Below, piece by piece: positions 36,931-41,272 of a DNA stretch of 41,272 bases. Below the pieces are notes generated by a model. That model saw nothing but the letters and a program-made list of their open reading frames with translations, made no database searches and was not told where the DNA came from. Every line of letters begins with the position of its first letter. Positions within the stretch are counted from its first letter, which is position 1. Source of the DNA: an uncultured Actinomycetota bacterium (GTDB taxonomy: Bacteria > Actinomycetota > Actinomycetes > CAVWCF01); assembly GCA_963753435.1 (NCBI GenBank), contig CAVWCF010000003.1, forward strand, positions 1 to 41,272, in the 5' to 3' direction. The position numbers and the translations under genes are program-made.

Positions 36931-39277
36931 GGATGAACCAGCCGCGCACCTGCGCCTCGTGGTCGATGTACCTGTCTCCGGACACGTCGACCACAACCTT
37001 GTCGATGTCGCCGCCGGTGAAACGGAATGGCGCGGTGTACTTGGGCGTCACCGGGGACGCGTCGTCGCGTCCCACGCACAGTCCATCACCTACGGCGCAG
37101 AACCACCCGGGTTGGGTAATGATCCGTGCCGAACCCACTGCGTCGCCGTCGATGTAAAGCGTGAGCAGGCCCTCGGCACCCGGCATGGCCGGGTCGGCGC
37201 TGCGACCCGCGGCGGCGAACTCGGCGGTGATGACGTGCGGACCTACTTCCAGGTCCCGATCGGCCGTCACCTCTTGCAGGTGTGAGCCCACCCAGTTGAA
37301 CACGTAGGTAAGCCGGCGATCCTGGACGTAGAGACTGTGACCACCCGCCACGCCACCGTGGGCGAAGATCACACCCTCAGCGTCGGCTTCGTCTACCCGG
37401 ACTCCGGCGGCGATCGTGTAGGACCTCCCGCTGATCGCGACCGCTGCCTGCTCCGGGACCGACGCGCAGTTGGGGTAGTAGGTGTATCGGTCACTCTTTG
37501 GGGCGCCGCTGGGTCGCTCGGCCAGGGTCTGCTCCACAGCGGTTCGGTCATCAAGGGGCAGACCGTTGTACTCCTCGGCCAGTTCGAACCATCGCTGGAT
37601 CATGCTTTGCAGGCGTTCCGGCTCCTGGTCGGCAAGATTCGTGGACTGTGACCGGTCGACCGCCATGTTGTAGAGCTCCCACACGTCATTCTCGAAGTTG
37701 CCCCAGCCGCTCAGCGGCGGGTGCAGCGTGCAGGCCAGCCAGCCGTCCTCGTACAGCGCGCGTTGCCCCAGCATCGCGTAGAACTGGGTGCGCTTTCCTG
37801 GTGCCGCCGGATCGGACAGTGATGCGGCGAAGCTCTCACCCTCGATCGCCCGCTGGACGAATCCATTCAATGACTCCGGCGGGTTGATCCCGATCAGTTC
37901 GTAGATGGTCGGCACCACGTCAACTGCGTGCACGTACTGCGATCGCGGCGCCGAATCGGGTGTGATCTGCTCGGGCCAGGACACGACGCACATGTCGGCG
38001 ATACCGCCTTCGAATCCGGCCCAGCGCTTCCAGTACGGGAAGGGAGTGTCGAACGCCCAGGCCCACCCGGTGTTGTAGTGGTTGTACGACTGTGGTCCAC
38101 CGAGTTCATCGATGTGCGCAAGAGTGAGATCGGTGGGCGTCGGTACGCCGTTGAAGAAGCGCCATTCGTTGAAGGTCCCGTCAGGGCCGCCCTCACCGCT
38201 GGCGCCGTTGTCGGAAACGACGACGATGATGGTGTTGTCGAGTTCGCCGGACTTCTCAAGGAAGTCGATTACGCGACCCACTTGATCGTCGCTGTACTCG
38301 ACGTAGCCGGCGAAGACCTCCGCCATGCGGGCAAACAAGCGCCTCTCGTCATCGGACAGCGATTCCCACGGATGAACTGTGTCCAGCGCCGGCCACGGCT
38401 GCCCGTCCGGTCCGGTGACATCGGGTTCGCCGTGGGGGTTGATGCCGGACAACTGGGTTTCTTCCGGGAGCAGCCCGAGTTCCTTCTGGCGCTGCAGGAT
38501 TGAGTCCCGAATCGCCTCGTACCCCTGATCGAAGACGCCCTTGTACTTGTCGGCCCACTCCTCGAACACGTGATGCGGAGCGTGTGCCGCGTCTAGGGAG
38601 AAGTAGAGAAAGAATGGTTTGCCCGGATCGATCGATTTGGCGTCACTGATGAACTCAATCGCCTTATCGGACAGGTCCTTGGCGATGTGATAGCCCTCTT
38701 CTGGGGTCGCCGGCGCCTCGATCGGGTGGTTGTCGTGAATCAGGTCCGGGTACCAGCAACTCGATTCCCCGCCGAGGAACCCGTAGAACCGTTCGAATCC
38801 GCGGCCCAACGGCCACCGCTTCTTCCAGGCGGCCATTCCGGTCTCTTCGCCCGGCGTCAGGTGCCACTTGCCCACGCAATAGGTGTTGTAGCCGTGCTCA
38901 ACGAGAACCTCGGATATGAAGCCGTTCTCGAATGGGATGCGCGTAGAGATGCCCGGGAACCCGGAACTGAACTCCGCAATGGTTGCCATCCCGTTGGAGG
39001 TCGCATTTCGGCCGGTCAGGAGGGAGGCACGGGTGGGCGAGCAAAGGGCGGTCGTGTGGAAGTTGGAGTACTTGACACCACGGTTGGCGATGCTCGTCAT
39101 CGTGGGTGTCTTGACCGGGCCTCCGAAACTCTCCATGGTCCCGTAGCCGACGTCGTCCCACACGATGAACACGACGTTGGGAGCGCCGTCGGGTGCCTTG
39201 GGCGCGAGGAACGGCCCCCAGTCGGGCTCAGCGTCCCGGATGTCGAGAGCGATCTTGCCGTTGAACGATGTGCCCAT
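36923..39277 (-). CDS. Cys-type arylsulfatase (no signal peptide)
   Basis: PNVVFIVWDD.G, CSPTRASLLTGR, GKWH, HAPH, SDNG, WELYN. GAGGAG precedes ATG 39277. Confidence 0.95.
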   Translation of the reverse strand: MGTSFNGKIALDIRDAEPDWGPFLAPKAPDGAPNVVFIVWDDVGYGTMESFGGPVKTPTMTSIANRGVKYSNFHTTALCSPTRASLLTGRNATSNGMATIAEFSSGFPGISTRIPFENGFISEVLVEHGYNTYCVGKWHLTPGEETGMAAWKKRWPLGRGFERFYGFLGGESSCWYPDLIHDNHPIEAPATPEEGYHIAKDLSDKAIEFISDAKSIDPGKPFFLYFSLDAAHAPHHVFEEWADKYKGVFDQGYEAIRDSILQRQKELGLLPEETQLSGINPHGEPDVTGPDGQPWPALDTVHPWESLSDDERRLFARMAEVFAGYVEYSDDQVGRVIDFLEKSGELDNTIIVVVSDNGASGEGGPDGTFNEWRFFNGVPTPTDLTLAHIDELGGPQSYNHYNTGWAWAFDTPFPYWKRWAGFEGGIADMCVVSWPEQITPDSAPRSQYVHAVDVVPTIYELIGINPPESLNGFVQRAIEGESFAASLSDPAAPGKRTQFYAMLGQRALYEDGWLACTLHPPLSGWGNFENDVWELYNMAVDRSQSTNLADQEPERLQSMIQRWFELAEEYNGLPLDDRTAVEQTLAERPSGAPKSDRYTYYPNCASVPEQAAVAISGRSYTIAAGVRVDEADAEGVIFAHGGVAGGHSLYVQDRRLTYVFNWVGSHLQEVTADRDLEVGPHVITAEFAAAGRSADPAMPGAEGLLTLYIDGDAVGSARIITQPGWFCAVGDGLCVGRDDASPVTPKYTAPFRFTGGDIDKVVVDVSGDRYIDHEAQVRGWFILD

Positions 39278-39365
39278 CACCAGCTCCTCAGGAGGTCCGC
39301 TCACAGTCTGCCGGTCGGCAACACCATTGGCGGGGTGTTAGTCAGACTCGCCGCGGACCAAAGGT

Positions 39366-39393
39366 TCAGGGCCCCGGAAACCCGGGGCCCTGA
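39366..39393 (-). terminator. Intrinsic terminator after the FG-GAP-repeat gene
   Basis: TCAGGGCCCCGG-N4-CCGGGGCCCTGA, a 12-bp perfect stem 10 bp past the stop, followed by ACCTTT on the minus strand. Confidence 0.8.
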
Positions 39394-39403
39394 CATTCAG
39401 CAG

Positions 39404-41074
39404 TCAGGCAACGATCGCCGTCATGCCGTTCCATCCGACTCCGATCAGCCACGGCGGCAGGAGCCAGCCACCCGAACCGTCACCGCGGTACAGCAGCAAC
39501 TGCCCGAGCGAGTTGCGCGCCATGACATCGACGCTGCGGTCGCCGGAGAAGTCTCCGGGGCCAGCCAGCGCGGTCATGCCACTCCAGCCCGAACCAACTT
39601 GGCTACGCGGCAGCCATCCGCCCAACCCGTCGCCTGGGTACAGGTACATCCGGCCGGTGGTGTCGCGGGCGAGCAGATCCATCGATCCGTCGCCGTTGAA
39701 GTCACCAGGCCCGACCAACGCGTCCATGGCGTTCCAGCCGGTGCCGTAGGCGACTCGCGGCAGCCATCCGCCTGAGCCGTCACCGGGGTACAGGTACAGC
39801 CGGCCGGTGGTGTCGCGGGCGAGCAGATCCATCGATCCGTCGCCGTTGAAGTCACCGGGTCCGACCAGGGCAGTCATGGCGTCCCAACCGGTTCCGTATG
39901 AAACCTTGCCGAGCCAACCGGCGGCACCATCGCCGCGGTACAGCAGAAGTCGGTTGTTCAGCACGGCGAGGAGGTCGACGTTTGTGTCACCGTCGAAATC
40001 CCCAGGAGCCACGATTGTGGAAATCGGATTCCAGCCAACGCCCACCTTGATGGGTTGCAGCCAGCCACCCGAACCGTTGCCCGGGTACAGCCACAGCTCC
40101 CCGTTGCCGCTTCGGGCGATCACGTCGGGGTTGCCGTCGCCGTTGAAGTCGTTCTTGACGACCGGCTTCTCAAACGGAAGCGGCGGTACCAACGGGATCG
40201 TCCCCACCGCGATGTCGAGGTACGTGATGCGGTCCCCGAAGATGTACGCGGTGTGAACAGCTCCGGATTCGGAGGACTCCTCCGAGCCAAGCGCCTCGCC
40301 CAACGTGAGCAACGAGTCGTCACCGACCTTGAAGATGAGCCGGTAGTTGCCCGGACCAGGCTGCGCCAGTCCGCTGGGCTTGCCCCAGTTGAACCCGTAG
40401 ATGACCTTGCCCGAACCGTTCACCTCTGCGGTCATGGCCGATTCGGCCAGCACCACATCGGAGTACCAATCGGTATCCGCGTCGTATTGCAGGATCGTCA
40501 GGGTCGCGTCCGGCGTGTAGACCATCGGGGTCAACTCTTCAGCGACACCCAGGGTTCCGAACAGTTCACCTTCTCGCTCACCTTCCAGTGAGACCGTCGA
40601 GTAACCGAGCATCGGCCCGTACACGGCAGCGGTGGCCGCATCCGCGAAGAGGTTGACCTCAACTCGGATCGGCATCCGACGGTTGCCGGGGAAGACGTGG
40701 CTGAGCAGGTTGTCGCCCCACTTGGCATCGGCAACAACTGGTGACACCAGTTCAGCGACCCAGTCCGCACCCCATTGGTCGGCGTCGAACTCAGGGTCGA
40801 TGGTGCTGGTGTAGGTGTCGGAACCGACACCGGTGTAGTAGTCCTGCGCGTCCTTTGTGTAGTCCGCGTTGCCCGTAGGCAGGTCAGGGACTGTCACGGG
40901 GTTGAAACTGGCCGCGAAGGCATCGTCGTCGACGAGGATGACCGGGGTCGACAGGTTCTTCGACCCTTCCTCCTCCTCAGCAGCGAACACGGGCCCAACC
41001 CCGATGAGTACGAGACTCAGCGATGCGAGCAGCGCCAGACCACTTCGCGTGGTTGTGCGCTGCGCCACGTTCAT
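39404..41074 (-). CDS. Secreted protein with an unknown acidic N-domain and five FG-GAP/VCBS-like repeats
   Basis: Signal peptide ending VFA, five GDF.GDG..D..AR...G.L.LY.G.G.GGW repeats, GGAGGAG RBS. Confidence 0.88.
   Translation of the reverse strand: MNVAQRTTTRSGLALLASLSLVLIGVGPVFAAEEEEGSKNLSTPVILVDDDAFAASFNPVTVPDLPTGNADYTKDAQDYYTGVGSDTYTSTIDPEFDADQWGADWVAELVSPVVADAKWGDNLLSHVFPGNRRMPIRVEVNLFADAATAAVYGPMLGYSTVSLEGEREGELFGTLGVAEELTPMVYTPDATLTILQYDADTDWYSDVVLAESAMTAEVNGSGKVIYGFNWGKPSGLAQPGPGNYRLIFKVGDDSLLTLGEALGSEESSESGAVHTAYIFGDRITYLDIAVGTIPLVPPLPFEKPVVKNDFNGDGNPDVIARSGNGELWLYPGNGSGGWLQPIKVGVGWNPISTIVAPGDFDGDTNVDLLAVLNNRLLLYRGDGAAGWLGKVSYGTGWDAMTALVGPGDFNGDGSMDLLARDTTGRLYLYPGDGSGGWLPRVAYGTGWNAMDALVGPGDFNGDGSMDLLARDTTGRMYLYPGDGLGGWLPRSQVGSGWSGMTALAGPGDFSGDRSVDVMARNSLGQLLLYRGDGSGGWLLPPWLIGVGWNGMTAIVA
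39606..39898 (-). repeat. Near-identical 150-bp internal duplication (repeats 3 and 4)
   Basis: A 57-bp identical block at 39650-39706 and 39800-39856, with similarity extending on both sides. Confidence 0.9.
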
Positions 41075-41272
41075 TTCTCCTCCTTCAAACAGGGGCCGCA
41101 ACATGGGCCCGGTGGCCTCTTTCGCTTTCACTCAACGCCCGCTCTGACCGCGCAAGTAGGGCCCTTCGTCACATCCGCAACACCAACAACTCAGGTAAGG
41201 CTTGGCAAATGCGCTAGTTGCGAACGCGGTCGGCGCCCTTGTGCACTGGGGCGCCAAGACGGGCAGTCGTTA

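Noticed and set aside
33832-39277. Horizontally acquired island, suggested by seemingly more A/T-ending codons
   Set aside because: This is an impression only and was not quantified. I saw no mobility genes, tRNA or flanking repeats.
41075-41272. Riboswitch upstream of the secreted protein
   Set aside because: I found only a short GGCGCCC/GGGCGCC hairpin near 41232-41255 and no recognisable c-di-AMP, c-di-GMP or other consensus. An Rfam scan would settle it.

Overview
A high-GC actinomycete chromosomal window, densely coding (about 43 genes). I see no rRNA, tRNA, CRISPR array, integrase or transposase. In order: a molybdenum cofactor cluster (moaE, mog, moaC, MobA-DUF6457 fusion, moeA); a YihY protein; an osmoprotectant ABC operon; an acyl-ACP desaturase; an unusual single-pass membrane protein; a DrrAB-type exporter; a 23-aa-repeat protein with an RDD partner; an SCO7613-type membrane protein; SOUL; ArfB; DUF2461; an MDR oxidoreductase; an orphan PspM-like gene; a holin-like/AarF kinase pair facing DUF6325-SHOCT-YCII; TspO; TauE; a wHTH regulator divergent from a DUF4437-type bicupin-sbtA-sbtB operon; a secreted EEP hydrolase; a cNMP-binding protein with a histamine/trimethylamine dehydrogenase-like flavoenzyme; SulP; a macrodomain; an MBL hydrolase; an arylsulfatase with a radical-SAM maturase; and a secreted five-repeat FG-GAP-like protein. 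At least nine single-base frameshifts fall in the first 4.7 kb and are probably sequencing errors. The best candidate for an undescribed system is the regulator/bicupin/SbtAB module (24886-27527). There, an uncharacterised metal-binding bicupin heads a bicarbonate-transporter operon, and two palindromic boxes abut back-to-back -10 elements. All family assignments come from motif recognition by eye, not from database searches.
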